Origin: an uncultured Oscillospiraceae bacterium
GTDB taxonomy: Bacteria; Bacillota; Clostridia; Oscillospirales; Oscillospiraceae
Length of the DNA: 40,708 nucleotides
Direction of reading: 5' to 3'
Assembly (NCBI GenBank): GCA_905233785.1
Contig: CAJOCV010000049.1
Span: forward strand, 1 to 40,708
Shown here piece after piece: positions 27,717 to 37,174 of the stretch (position 1 is the first letter of the stretch; each line of letters opens with the position of its first letter). A program made the position numbers and the translations under genes. The notes under the pieces are model-generated. The model was not told the origin of the DNA. It saw only the letters and a program-made list of their open reading frames with translations, and did not search any database.

Positions 27717-29858
27717 ATGGAGAATCACGCTGACAAATGGAAGCGACTGCGCCTGAAGAGTCTGCGCAACGCCTCGCTGTTGACACTCATCTGTCTGGGC
27801 GTCAACATCCTTTTCTCGCGTTTTGCGCTGTGGCTTGGGCTGCCGATTTATCTCGACAGCATTGGCACTGTGCTGGCCGCGGCGCTGGGCGGTTACCTGC
27901 CCGGTATTGCCGTGGGCATCCTCACAAACCTGTTCGGAAGCCTGTCCGACCCGATCACCGCCTACTATGCGAGCATCAATGTGCTGCTCGCGGTCACGGT
28001 GGCGCGCTTTGCGGATAAGAAGGGCTTTGAGAGCAAAAAGCTCGGCGAGTTTTTCCTGCTGACCGGGCTGCTCACGCTGGTCGGCGGCGGTCTCGGTTCG
28101 ATCCTGACCTGGCTGCTGTATGACTTCGGCTTTGGCGAGGGGATATCCGGCCCCCTGGCGCAGAAGCTCTTCTCCGCCGGGCTTCCCTCCTTCTGGGCGC
28201 AGTTGAGTGCGGATCTCGTTCTGGATTTTCCTGACAAATTGATCACGGTGGGCGTCGTCGATGGGGTGATCCGGCTGCTTCCGGAGTGGATGCAAACCGA
28301 GCTTAGACCCGTAGGCTGGCGGCAGGCGCCGCTGAATCACAATGCCCGCTGGGAGTCCTTGCACCGCAAGACCCGTTCCGGGAGCCTTCGCCGCGCCACC
28401 ATGGCGCTGGTAGTGCTGGCCTCGCTCATGGTGGCGGTCGTGACGATCACGGTGAGCGTCCTGCAGTTTCGCCGCACACTGATCAACCAGCATGCCGAGC
28501 TGGGGCAAACCGTGACCAGGCTGGCCTCCAAGGTCTTTGATCATGACCGTGTGGATGACTTCCTTGAGCAGGGGGAAGCCGCCGAGGGGTATCGGGAGGC
28601 GGAGCAGCGGCTGTATACCATTCGTGACAGCTCGCCTGAGATCGAGTATATCTACGTCTACCGCATTCTGCCCGACGGCTGCCATGTGGTCTTCGATCTG
28701 GACACGGACGACGTGCCCGGCGGCGAACCCGGCGAGGTGATCCCGTTCGATCGTTCTTTCACGCCCTACTTGTCCACGCTGCTGGAGGGCGGCCGGATCG
28801 AGCCGCTCATCACCAACGACACTTACGGCTGGCTTTTAACGGTGTATGAGCCGATTTACGACAGCGACGGCAGATGCACTTGCTACGCCGCCGCGGACAT
28901 TTCCATGGGCGAGCTGAGCCGTATCGCGCTCAATTACCTTGTGCGCGCGGTGGCGCTGTCCCTGGGGATGCTGCTGCTGATCTTCTTCCTCGGTCTGTGG
29001 CTGGCAGAATTTCATGTTGTGCTGCCCATTAACTCCATGGCCTGGGCGGCGGGCAGCTTTGCCTACGATAACGAGCAGTCACGCAGCGGGAGCCTGGAGC
29101 TGATTCACAATCTGGGAATCAGCACCGGGGATGAAATCGAAAACCTCTATAAAGCGCTCGCGCTCACTACCGAGGAGACTGCCCGCTACATCGCGGATGT
29201 GCAGAAAAAGAACGCCACCATCTCCCGGATGCAGAACGGCCTGATCCTCGTGCTGGCTGACATGGTGGAGAGCCGCGACCAGTGTACCGGCGACCATGTG
29301 CGCAAAACAGCCGCCTACACCCGCATCATCCTCGAGCAGATGCGAAAAGAGGGCATTTACGCCGAGCAGCTCACGGACGAATATATCGAGGACGTGGTCA
29401 ACTCCGCGCCGCTGCACGATGTGGGCAAGATCCAGGTGTCCGATACGATCCTGAATAAGCCCGGCAAGCTCACCGACGAGGAGTTTGCCATCATGAAGAG
29501 CCATACCACCGCCGGCGGCGAGGTCATCGCTCACGCCATCGCGCTGGTGTCCGAGCCGGGCTATCTCGCCGAGGCGAAAAACCTTGCCACCTACCATCAC
29601 GAGCGCTGGGACGGCCGGGGATACCCCGCCGGCCTCAAGGGGGAGGACATTCCGCTCTCAGCCCGCGTCATGGCGGTGGCGGACGTGTTCGACGCGCTGG
29701 TTTCCCGACGCAGCTATAAGGCGCCGTTCCCCTTTGAGAAGGCGATGGACATCATCCGAGAGGAGGCCGGGACGCACTTCGATCCCCAGGTCGCCAAAGC
29801 CTTCCTCGACGCCGAGACTGAGGTTCGCCGCGTCGCCGAGGAGTTTAAGGAAGAGTAG
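27717..29858 (+). CDS. membrane-anchored HD-GYP domain protein (putative c-di-GMP phosphodiesterase) with a multi-TM N-terminus and an extracytoplasmic Cache-like segment
   Basis: AGGAGG RBS. N-terminal TM bundle (LPIYLDSIGTVLAAALGGYLPGIAVGIL). The sensor-like segment YIYVYRILPDGCHVVFDLD...TYGWLLTVYEPIYDSDG is followed by another TM. HD-GYP motifs are HDVGKIQV and YHHERWDGRGYPAGL. Confidence 0.85.
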   Translation: MENHADKWKRLRLKSLRNASLLTLICLGVNILFSRFALWLGLPIYLDSIGTVLAAALGGYLPGIAVGILTNLFGSLSDPITAYYASINVLLAVTVARFADKKGFESKKLGEFFLLTGLLTLVGGGLGSILTWLLYDFGFGEGISGPLAQKLFSAGLPSFWAQLSADLVLDFPDKLITVGVVDGVIRLLPEWMQTELRPVGWRQAPLNHNARWESLHRKTRSGSLRRATMALVVLASLMVAVVTITVSVLQFRRTLINQHAELGQTVTRLASKVFDHDRVDDFLEQGEAAEGYREAEQRLYTIRDSSPEIEYIYVYRILPDGCHVVFDLDTDDVPGGEPGEVIPFDRSFTPYLSTLLEGGRIEPLITNDTYGWLLTVYEPIYDSDGRCTCYAAADISMGELSRIALNYLVRAVALSLGMLLLIFFLGLWLAEFHVVLPINSMAWAAGSFAYDNEQSRSGSLELIHNLGISTGDEIENLYKALALTTEETARYIADVQKKNATISRMQNGLILVLADMVESRDQCTGDHVRKTAAYTRIILEQMRKEGIYAEQLTDEYIEDVVNSAPLHDVGKIQVSDTILNKPGKLTDEEFAIMKSHTTAGGEVIAHAIALVSEPGYLAEAKNLATYHHERWDGRGYPAGLKGEDIPLSARVMAVADVFDALVSRRSYKAPFPFEKAMDIIREEAGTHFDPQVAKAFLDAETEVRRVAEEFKEE

Positions 29859-29861
29859 TCG

Positions 29862-29996
29862 TAACGATTCAGTCCCGTTCCGGGACTAAATCGTTAGAGG
29901 GGATGCACCCCGCTGCGCGCACTCGCGGCGGGGGAACGCTCGCAATTTTGTTTGCCGCCTTCCGAGGCGGCAAATCAGAGGGGAGTGCCCCTCTGA
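29862..29996. repeat. second copy of hairpin-repeat modules A and B
   Basis: Module A is TAACGATTCAGTCCCG-ttc-CGGGACTAAATCGTTA (29862-29896). Module B (29947-29996) is TTTGCCGCC-ttccga-GGCGGCAAA followed by TCAGAGGGG-agtg-CCCCTCTGA. It parallels 15049-15096, with paired changes in the first of its two stems. Confidence 0.7.
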
Positions 29997-30044
29997 TACT
30001 AAGTCTCAATAAGATGGTTTAGAAAGATTCCGAGGCAGATTTAA

Positions 30045-30908
30045 GCTGCTTTCCAAACCGCGGCGGACGCCGGTGTCGCGGACGCATGGTACTATCTGGG
30101 GCGGGTCGCCTATCAGCGCAGCGACTTCGATGCTGCCATCGCCTACTTTGAAAAGGGCGCAGAACAGGGCAGCGAGCTCGCGCGTTTCAATCTTGGGATC
30201 CTGTATGTGAACAACGAAGGTTTGGACTTGAATCTGGACGCAGATTATGCCAAAGCGCAGGCGCTCTTTGAGCAGGCCGTGGAAAACGGCTGCGTTGAGG
30301 CAAACTGCGGGCTCGGGGATTTATACCAGAGCGGCTACGGCGTTGAAGCAGACGGGGCTTCCGCGCTGGCGTACTTCCTCCTCGCCGCGGAGTCGGACGA
30401 CCCTGAGTGGGCTCCGTATGCCTGGCTCAGCATTTACGAGGTATATACTGCAGCGCCGGACCTTGATATGGACAGCGAAGAGGCCAAGGCCTGGGGCGAG
30501 AAGGGGCTTGAAGGCAAAATGCTGCTTGCCGATGCCGGGCATCCCAAAGCCGAGTTCAGTCTGGGCTACCTCTACTATGCCGGCCTTGACGTCGAACAGG
30601 ATTATGGCGCGGCGATGTCGTGGTTTCTGAAAGCGGCCGAGATCGGGGATGCGAGATCTATGCGTTTTATCGCTTATATGTACGACAAGGGTCTTGGCGT
30701 AGAGGAAGATCAGGAAAAAAGCACGGAGTGGTATCTGAAGGCCGCGGAAGCCGGATACACCTCTGCCATGAGTACGGTCGGCAAGCGCTATGAGCTCGGC
30801 AAAGGCGTAGAGCAGAATATCGAAGCGGCAATCGAGTGGTACCGGAAAGCAGCCGAAGCCGGGAACGAAAAAGCTGCGGAACGTCTGGCGGAGTTGACCG
30901 GAAAATAA
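30045..30908 (+). pseudogene. Sel1/TPR-repeat protein, 5'-truncated
   Basis: Sel1-like repeats (A..W..KAAE.G...A...LG..Y) continue in frame upstream of the ORF-track GTG at 30207, back to a TAA at 30042-30044. That 162-nt stretch has no ATG, GTG or TTG, and there is no RBS or signal peptide. Confidence 0.6.
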
Positions 30909-31006
30909 GTCAGCGGCGCAGCACCGAGCATTGCGACGCGAAGACAGTCCTTTAGAACTCGTCCGAGTGGTCAGTTTTCAAGAAAACGACCACAGCTTCC
31001 ATTCCA

Positions 31007-31116
31007 ATCCGTTTTTGCCGGGGCTTTGCCCCGGCAAAAACACGTTCAGCCGAGCTGGGCGAGGCCTCCCGCCGACCAAACACAGCGCATCCTCCGCGCA
31101 CTGTGTGCGATCAGCG
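31007..31116. repeat. inverted copy of hairpin-repeat module C
   Basis: Aligns over 110 nt to the reverse complement of 14934-15043. Shared blocks are ATCCGTTTTTG, CAAAAACAC, AGCCGAGCTG, GCGAGGCCT, GCCGACCAAAC and GTGCGAT. The hairpin stems differ but stay paired. Confidence 0.75.
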
Positions 31117-31187
31117 TGAACTTATCCATCGCGAAACAAAATTTCGCGATGGAAGCAAAAAAGTTATCAAAAATCCGTAAAAAAAGC

Positions 31188-31216
31188 TTGCAAAGCGTTA
31201 CAGGCTTTGATATACT
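31188..31216 (+). promoter_or_regulatory. sigma-A promoter dedicated to the rpsH-distal half of the spc operon
   Basis: TTGCAA (31188-31193), a 17-nt spacer and TATACT (31211-31216), followed by a ~200-nt leader up to the rpsH ATG. Confidence 0.65.
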
Positions 31217-31424
31217 ATCAAATTGCGAGGCGACGCGTCCAACTGTCTTAAAAGAGATAAGGGACGTGTCCGATTGTGCTGTTTACACCAGGTCTGATCA
31301 GCCTGCTGTAATAAATTCAAAGGACGGCGAAAGGCCGTGGCCAATCAGGTATTGGCATGGAACCTCGCCGCCTGAACTGTGGACTGACCCATCCGCAGTA
31401 ACTCTAAATCAGGAGGAACGATTT

Positions 31425-31823
31425 ATGCAGATCACCGACCCCATCGCAGATATGCTGACCCGCATCCGCAATGCCGGAAGCGCGAAGCATGAAACCGTCG
31501 ATGTCCCCGCGTCCAAGATGAAGAAGTCCATCGCTGAGATTCTGCTGAGCGAGGGCTACATCAAGAACTACCAGGTCATTGACGACGGCACCCAGGGTGT
31601 CATCCGCATCACCCTCAAGTATCTCCCCGGCAAGGAGAAGGCCATTCAGGGTCTTCGCCGTGTCAGCAAGCCCGGCCTGCGCGTGTATGCCGGCGCTGAC
31701 GAGCTGCCCCGCGTTCTGCGCGGTCTGGGCATTGCCATCATCTCCACCTCCAAGGGCGTTATGACCGACAAGCAGGCTCGCAAAGAGCATGTCGGCGGCG
31801 AAGTCCTTGCGTTCGTATGGTAA
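31425..31823 (+). CDS. rpsH: 30S ribosomal protein S8
   Basis: [17 protein letters not shown]... AGGAGG lies 8 nt upstream. The ORF-track start at 31026 runs through the repeat and promoter and is rejected. Confidence 0.95.
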   Translation: MQITDPIADMLTRIRNAGSAKHETVDVPASKMKKSIAEILLSEGYIKNYQVIDDGTQGVIRITLKYLPGKEKAIQGLRRVSKPGLRVYAGADELPRVLRGLGIAIISTSKGVMTDKQARKEHVGGEVLAFVW

Positions 31824-31835
31824 GGAGGTTGCAGA

Positions 31836-32378
31836 ATGTCTAGAATCGGTAGAGCTCCCATCACCGTTCCCGCCGGCGTTGAAGTCAGCGTCAGCGAGCA
31901 CAACCACATCACCGTCAAGGGTCCCAAGGGCACTCTCGAGCGTGATCTCGTGCCTCAGATGAAGGTCAATATCGAGGCAGGCGTCATCCACATCAGCCGC
32001 CCCAGTGACAGCAAAGAGAACCGTTCTCTGCACGGTCTGACCAGAACCCTGGTTGACAACATGGTCATCGGCGTGACCAAGGGCTTTGAGAAGAAGCTCG
32101 AGATCAACGGCGTTGGCTACCGTGCCAGCAAGGAGGGCAAGAATCTGGTCATGAACCTGGGCTATTCTCACCAGGTCATCGTCCCCGAGACCGAGGACAT
32201 CCAGATCGACGTTCCCGATGCCAACCACATTGTCATTAAGGGTATCGACAAGCAGAAGGTCGGCCAGTTTGCAGCAGAAGTTCGTGGCAAGCGTCCTCCC
32301 GAACCCTACAAGGGCAAGGGCATCAAGTACGACTACGAAGTCATCCGCCGCAAAGAAGGCAAGACCGGCGCCAAGTAA
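31836..32378 (+). CDS. rplF: 50S ribosomal protein L6
   Basis: MSRIGRAPITVPAGVEV... Confidence 0.95.
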   Translation: MSRIGRAPITVPAGVEVSVSEHNHITVKGPKGTLERDLVPQMKVNIEAGVIHISRPSDSKENRSLHGLTRTLVDNMVIGVTKGFEKKLEINGVGYRASKEGKNLVMNLGYSHQVIVPETEDIQIDVPDANHIVIKGIDKQKVGQFAAEVRGKRPPEPYKGKGIKYDYEVIRRKEGKTGAK

Positions 32379-32394
32379 ACGGAGGTGTGCCTGA

Positions 32395-32754
32395 ATGATT
32401 AAGAGACCTGATACCAGAGGACAGCGCATCAAGCGCCACAATCGCGTGCGCGGTAAGATCTCCGGCACCGCCGAGAGACCCCGTCTGTGCGTGTTCCGCA
32501 GCGAAAACAACATTTACGCCCAGGTCATCGACGACGTGGCCGGCAACACCCTCGTGTCTGCCTCCACCGTGGAGAAGGCCTTTGAGGGCAACGGCAGCAA
32601 CTGCGACGCTGCCAAGAAGATCGGCGCTCTCGTCGCCGAGCGCGCTCTGAAGAAGGGCATTGAAGAAGTCGTGTTCGACCGTGGCGGTTATATCTATCAC
32701 GGCCGTGTCAAGGCTCTGGCCGAAGGCGCCCGCGAGGGCGGCCTGAAGTTCTAA
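32395..32754 (+). CDS. rplR: 50S ribosomal protein L18
   Basis: [23 protein letters not shown]... and [26 protein letters not shown]. Confidence 0.95.
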   Translation: MIKRPDTRGQRIKRHNRVRGKISGTAERPRLCVFRSENNIYAQVIDDVAGNTLVSASTVEKAFEGNGSNCDAAKKIGALVAERALKKGIEEVVFDRGGYIYHGRVKALAEGAREGGLKF

Positions 32755-32773
32755 GGAAGGGGGATAAGTTATC

Positions 32774-33301
32774 ATGGCTTACAATAATGACAGACGTGAC
32801 CGCCGCAATAAGGAAGAGGCTCCCTCCGAATTCATTGAGAAGGTCGTATCCCTCAACCGCGTCAGCAAGACCGTCAAGGGCGGCCGCGTGGCGAAGTTCT
32901 CCGCACTGTGCGTCGTCGGCGACGGCAAGGGCCGCGTCGGCTTCGGCATGGGCAAGGCCAACGAGGTGTCCGAGGCCATCCGCAAGGGGCTCGAGGACGC
33001 CAAGAAGAATATCGTTTCCGTCACGCTGAGCGGGACCACGATCCCCCACGAGGTGATCGGCTGCTTCGGCGCCGGCCGCGTGCTGCTCAAGCCCGCCCCG
33101 GAAGGCACCGGCGTGATCGCCGGCGGCGCTGTCCGCGCGGTCGTCGAGGCTGCCGGCATCGGCGATATCCGTACCAAGTGCCTCAACACCAACAACCCCG
33201 CGAACGTTGTCGCGGCCACGATGGAAGGCCTCAAGTCCCTGCGCGACGCCGCTCAGGTCGCCGCTGTGCGCGGCAAGACTCCTGAAGAAGTTCAGGGTTA
33301 A
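32774..33301 (+). CDS. rpsE: 30S ribosomal protein S5
   Basis: [42 protein letters not shown]... Confidence 0.95.
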   Translation: MAYNNDRRDRRNKEEAPSEFIEKVVSLNRVSKTVKGGRVAKFSALCVVGDGKGRVGFGMGKANEVSEAIRKGLEDAKKNIVSVTLSGTTIPHEVIGCFGAGRVLLKPAPEGTGVIAGGAVRAVVEAAGIGDIRTKCLNTNNPANVVAATMEGLKSLRDAAQVAAVRGKTPEEVQG

Positions 33302-33313
33302 GGAGGGCGAAAC

Positions 33314-33493
33314 ATGGCTAATCTTAGAATCAAGCTCGTCAAGAGCCTCAACGGCAGACTGGACAGCCACATCGCGACCGCCCAGTCTCTCGGCCTGCAC
33401 AAGATCGGCAACGAGACCGTACAGCCCGACAATCCCCAGACCCGCGGCAAGATTGCCAAGATCGGCTATCTGCTGAAGGTGACAGAAGAATAA
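33314..33493 (+). CDS. rpmD: 50S ribosomal protein L30
   Basis: 59-aa ORF missing from the track because it is under 60 aa: MANLRIKLVKSLNGRLDSHIATAQSLGLHKIGNETVQPDNPQTRGKIAKIGYLLKVTEE. AAGGAGGG RBS. Canonical position. Confidence 0.9.
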   Translation: MANLRIKLVKSLNGRLDSHIATAQSLGLHKIGNETVQPDNPQTRGKIAKIGYLLKVTEE

Positions 33494-33508
33494 GGAGGGC
33501 AAGCAAGA

Positions 33509-33949
33509 ATGTATATTCATGAACTGTCTCCCGTAGCCGGCTCCACCCACGTTGACAAGCGCAAGGGCAGAGGCCACGCTACCGGCAACGGAAAGACCGC
33601 AGGCCGCGGCCACAAGGGTCAGAAGGCCCGCAGCGGCGGCGGCGTCCGCATCGGTTTTGAGGGCGGCCAGATGCCTCTGGCTCGCCGCATCCCCAAGAGA
33701 GGCTTCAACAACATCTTCGCAAAGCCCCTGACGACGGTGAATGTTGACGCTCTCGATCGTTTTGAAGACGGCGCTGTGGTTGACGCCCAGGCTCTTCTGG
33801 CTGCCGGCGTGATCTCCAAGTGCAAATATGGCGTGAAATTCCTTGGGAACGGTGAGGTTTCCAAGAAGCTGACTGTCAAGGCTGCTGCTTTCTCCGAGTC
33901 CGCAAAAGAGAAAATCGAAGCGGCTGGCGGAAAGGCAGAGGTGGTCTGA
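33509..33949 (+). CDS. rplO: 50S ribosomal protein L15
   Basis: [43 protein letters not shown]... Confidence 0.95.
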   Translation: MYIHELSPVAGSTHVDKRKGRGHATGNGKTAGRGHKGQKARSGGGVRIGFEGGQMPLARRIPKRGFNNIFAKPLTTVNVDALDRFEDGAVVDAQALLAAGVISKCKYGVKFLGNGEVSKKLTVKAAAFSESAKEKIEAAGGKAEVV

Positions 33950-35236
33950 GTGCTTGAGACACTGAAAAACGCATGGAAGATCGAGGAGCTGCGCAAAAAG
34001 ATCCTCTTCACCCTGCTGATCGTGCTTCTGTACCGCATCGGTAACGCCATCCCTGTGCCTTTCGTTAACGTCACCGCGCTCAAGTTCTACTTTACGCAGC
34101 TTGAAAACACCATGCTGGGCTTCATGAACGTGCTGTCCGGCGGCGCTTTCTCCAGCGCGACGATCTTTGCCCTGTCCATCCAGCCCTACATTAACGCGTC
34201 CATCATCATCCAGCTCCTCTGCATCGCGATTCCCGCGCTGGAGCGCCTGAGCAAGGACGAGGGCGAGGAGGGACGCAAGAAGATCGCCTCCATCACCCGC
34301 TACGCCACCGTGGGCATCGGCCTTCTCATGGGCTTTGCCTACTATATGCTGATGCGCAACAACGGCCTTCTGGCCACCGGTTATGAGAAGAACTTCCTCG
34401 CGGCCGTGGTCGTGATCCTGACCTTCACCTCCGGCTCCGCGCTCATCATGTGGCTCGGCGAGCAGATCACCGAGTTCGGCATCGGAAACGGCATCTCCGT
34501 CATCCTTTTCGCGAGCATCGTTTCCCGCCTGCCGGTGAGCATCGTCAACACCATCCGCAATGTGATCGCGGGCGCTCTGCCCTGGTGGGTCGCGGTGCTG
34601 ATGTACGTTGGCGCGCTGTGCATCATCGTTCTGATCGTGTATGTCAGCGACGCGGAGCGCCGTCTCCCGGTTCAGTACGCCAAGCGCGTCGTCGGCCGCA
34701 AGATGTACGGCGGCCAGAGCACGCACCTGCCGATGAAGGTGAACATGTCCGGCGTGATGCCCATCATCTTCGCCCAGTCCATCTCCTCTCTGCCCGGCAC
34801 CATCGCGGCGCTGGCCGGCAAGTCCGGCGGTTGGACCGAGACCTGGTTTGGACCCACCTCCATCCTGTATGCCATCATCTACTTCCTGCTGATCATCTTC
34901 TTTGCCTACTTCTACTCCACCATCCAGTTTAACCCCGTGGAGGTTGCCAACAACCTGAAGAAGAACGGCGGCTATATCCCGGGCTTCCGCCCCGGCAAGC
35001 CGACCAGCGAGTTTATCCAGAAGGTTCTGAACAAGATCACCCTGTTCGGCGCCATTTACCTTGGTATCATCGCTGTCGTCCCCATTCTGATCTCCCATTT
35101 CAGCTCCACCGCTTCTCTGACGGGCCTGTCCATCGGCGGCACGTCGATCATGATCGCTGTCGGTGTTGCGCTTGAGACCGTCCGTGCCCTCGAGGCGCAG
35201 ATGATCATGCGCAACTACAAGGGTTTCCTGTCCTGA
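33950..35236 (+). CDS. secY: preprotein translocase subunit SecY
   Basis: GTG start directly after the rplO TGA. Ten-TM-type sequence with GGAFSSATIFALSIQPYINASIIIQLL. Confidence 0.95.
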   Translation: MLETLKNAWKIEELRKKILFTLLIVLLYRIGNAIPVPFVNVTALKFYFTQLENTMLGFMNVLSGGAFSSATIFALSIQPYINASIIIQLLCIAIPALERLSKDEGEEGRKKIASITRYATVGIGLLMGFAYYMLMRNNGLLATGYEKNFLAAVVVILTFTSGSALIMWLGEQITEFGIGNGISVILFASIVSRLPVSIVNTIRNVIAGALPWWVAVLMYVGALCIIVLIVYVSDAERRLPVQYAKRVVGRKMYGGQSTHLPMKVNMSGVMPIIFAQSISSLPGTIAALAGKSGGWTETWFGPTSILYAIIYFLLIIFFAYFYSTIQFNPVEVANNLKKNGGYIPGFRPGKPTSEFIQKVLNKITLFGAIYLGIIAVVPILISHFSSTASLTGLSIGGTSIMIAVGVALETVRALEAQMIMRNYKGFLS

Positions 35237-35252
35237 TCGAAAGGAGAAAACA

Positions 35253-35885
35253 ATGAGGCTTATCCTTTTGGGCGCCCCCGGTGCCGGCAAAGGCACCCAG
35301 GCTGAGGTGCTCTGCAAGCTGCTCGACATCCCCACCATTTCCACCGGCAACATCCTGCGCGCCGCCATGAAGGCGGGTACCCCCGTGGGTCTGCAGGCAA
35401 AGGCCTATGTGGAGGCTGGCCAGCTTGTCCCCGATGAGGTGATCATCAACATCATCAAGGATCGTCTGGCGGAGCCCGACTGTGCCAAGGGGTATATTCT
35501 GGACGGCGTGCCCCGCACCATTCCTCAGGCGGAGGCTATGGAAAAGATGGGCATCGCGATCGACTGTGCCCTCTCCATCGAGGTGGAGGATCAGGTCATT
35601 GTGGATCGTCTCGGCGGCCGCCGTGTCTGCAAGGACTGCGGCGCAACCTATCACATGCTGTCCCACCCCCCGAAGCAGGCAGGCGTTTGCGACAAATGCG
35701 GCGGCGAGGTGATCTGCCGCAAGGATGACGCGCCTGAGACCGTAAAGGCTCGCCTCGCCACCTATCACCGGGAGACAGAGCCTCTCAAGGAATTTTATGC
35801 CGAGCGCGGTCTGCTCAAGACGGTTGAGAACCAGCCCAGCGCGGCGGAGACCACTGTGGTCATCCGGAATGTCCTGGGAATCTGA
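35253..35885 (+). CDS. adk: adenylate kinase (zinc-lid type)
   Basis: MRLILLGAPGAGKGTQA... Lid motif is CKDCG...CDKCGG. Confidence 0.95.
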   Translation: MRLILLGAPGAGKGTQAEVLCKLLDIPTISTGNILRAAMKAGTPVGLQAKAYVEAGQLVPDEVIINIIKDRLAEPDCAKGYILDGVPRTIPQAEAMEKMGIAIDCALSIEVEDQVIVDRLGGRRVCKDCGATYHMLSHPPKQAGVCDKCGGEVICRKDDAPETVKARLATYHRETEPLKEFYAERGLLKTVENQPSAAETTVVIRNVLGI

Positions 35886-35888
35886 GAA

Positions 35889-36665
35889 ATGTCTGAGAGC
35901 ATTACCATCAAATCCCCCCATGAGATCGAGATCATGCGTCAGGCCGCGAAAATTGCGGCCGGCGCACGGTCCATGGGACGCCAGGCCGTGAAGGACGGCA
36001 TGACGACTCGACAGATCGACCGTGCGGTGCACGAATACATCGTCAAGTCCGGCGCCAAACCGAGCTGTCTGGGCTATGAAGGCTTTCCGGCGGCGACCTG
36101 CGTTTCGGTCAACGATGAGGTCATTCATGGGATCCCCGGCAAAAAGACCGTCCACAACGGCGACATCGTGTCCATTGACCTCTGCGCGACCTATCAGGGC
36201 TTCGTGGGGGACTGCGCGGGCACCTATGCCGTGGGCGAAGTCAGCGAAGAAGCAAAGAAGCTGATCGAGGTTACCCGTCAGGCTTTCTTTGAAGGGATCA
36301 AGTTTGCAAAAGTGGGTTACCGCGTGCTCGACATCGGCGAGGCGGTCCAGGACTATGTGGAGAGCCACGGCTTTTCCGTCGTGCGCGACTTCGTGGGTCA
36401 TGGGATCGGCCGCGGGATGCACGAGGCGCCCGAAGTCCCGAACTACCGTCCCGCGCGCAGCGCAGGGCGGGTCAATCCCCGGCTGGTAAAGGGCATGACC
36501 ATCTGCGTCGAGCCGATGGTCTGTGCGGGCGACTGGGCTGTGCGCATCCTCCGTGACGGCTGGACGGTCGTAACGGTCGACCACTCCCTTGCCGCGCACT
36601 ATGAAAACACCATCCTCATTACCGACGGAGAACCCGAGATCCTTACAATGGCAGACGATATTTGA
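35889..36665 (+). CDS. map: type I methionine aminopeptidase
   Basis: VNDEVIHGIPG, DIVSIDL, FVGHGIG and EPMV metal-ligand context. Confidence 0.93.
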   Translation: MSESITIKSPHEIEIMRQAAKIAAGARSMGRQAVKDGMTTRQIDRAVHEYIVKSGAKPSCLGYEGFPAATCVSVNDEVIHGIPGKKTVHNGDIVSIDLCATYQGFVGDCAGTYAVGEVSEEAKKLIEVTRQAFFEGIKFAKVGYRVLDIGEAVQDYVESHGFSVVRDFVGHGIGRGMHEAPEVPNYRPARSAGRVNPRLVKGMTICVEPMVCAGDWAVRILRDGWTVVTVDHSLAAHYENTILITDGEPEILTMADDI

Positions 36666-36691
36666 CGAGACGACTTGGGAGGATATAATCT

Positions 36692-36910
36692 TTGGCAAAA
36701 GACGATGTAATTGAACTCGAGGGCACGGTCGTTGAATCCCTGCCCAACACGATGTTCCAGGTGGATATTGGCAACGGCCACGTCATTCTGGCGCATATTT
36801 CCGGCAAGCTCCGGATGAATTTTATCAGGATCCTTCCCGGCGACAAGGTAACGGTGCAGATGTCTCCGTACGATCTGACCCGCGGCCGCATCACCTGGAG
36901 AAGCAAGTAG
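36692..36910 (+). CDS. infA: translation initiation factor IF-1
   Basis: TTG start. [23 protein letters not shown]...GRITWR. Confidence 0.94.
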   Translation: MAKDDVIELEGTVVESLPNTMFQVDIGNGHVILAHISGKLRMNFIRILPGDKVTVQMSPYDLTRGRITWRSK

Positions 36911-36922
36911 GAGGTATAACAA

Positions 36923-37036
36923 ATGAAAGTCAGACCTTCCGTGAAGCCCATGTGCGAAAAGTGCAAGATCATCAAGCGCAAGGGTAAAGTCATGGTCATC
37001 TGCGAAAACCCCAAGCACAAGCAGCGCCAGGGTTAA
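36923..37036 (+). CDS. rpmJ: 50S ribosomal protein L36
   Basis: 37-aa ORF not in the track: [45 protein letters not shown]. Confidence 0.9.
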   Translation: MKVRPSVKPMCEKCKIIKRKGKVMVICENPKHKQRQG

Positions 37037-37174
37037 GCGGAACTTTAATCCAAGCGGCACGGCTTAACAGCCTGTCTCAATAAATCCATCCCGCATGGGG
37101 CAAAGGCTCCCCTCCGGCGGGAATAAGCCTTTGTACCGCGAACATGCGGAAATAATGTAAAAGGAGAAATTTTT

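Noticed and set aside
30931-31119. 62-aa ORF downstream of the Sel1 fragment
   Set aside because: It lies entirely within hairpin-repeat sequence that recurs in inverted orientation elsewhere, so coding is implausible.
31026-31424. N-terminal extension of rpsH to 265 aa in the ORF track
   Set aside because: The extension starts at a TTG inside the hairpin repeat and reads through the promoter. Canonical S8 begins at [10 protein letters not shown] (31425) with a good RBS.
32708-35368. 886-aa minus-strand ORF spanning rpsE to secY, with similar ones at 31404-32513, 35205-36698 and 38623-39822
   Set aside because: They are antisense to a run of unmistakable ribosomal, secY, adk, map and rpoA genes. 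They arise from GC3-rich codon usage, which removes stops on the opposite strand.
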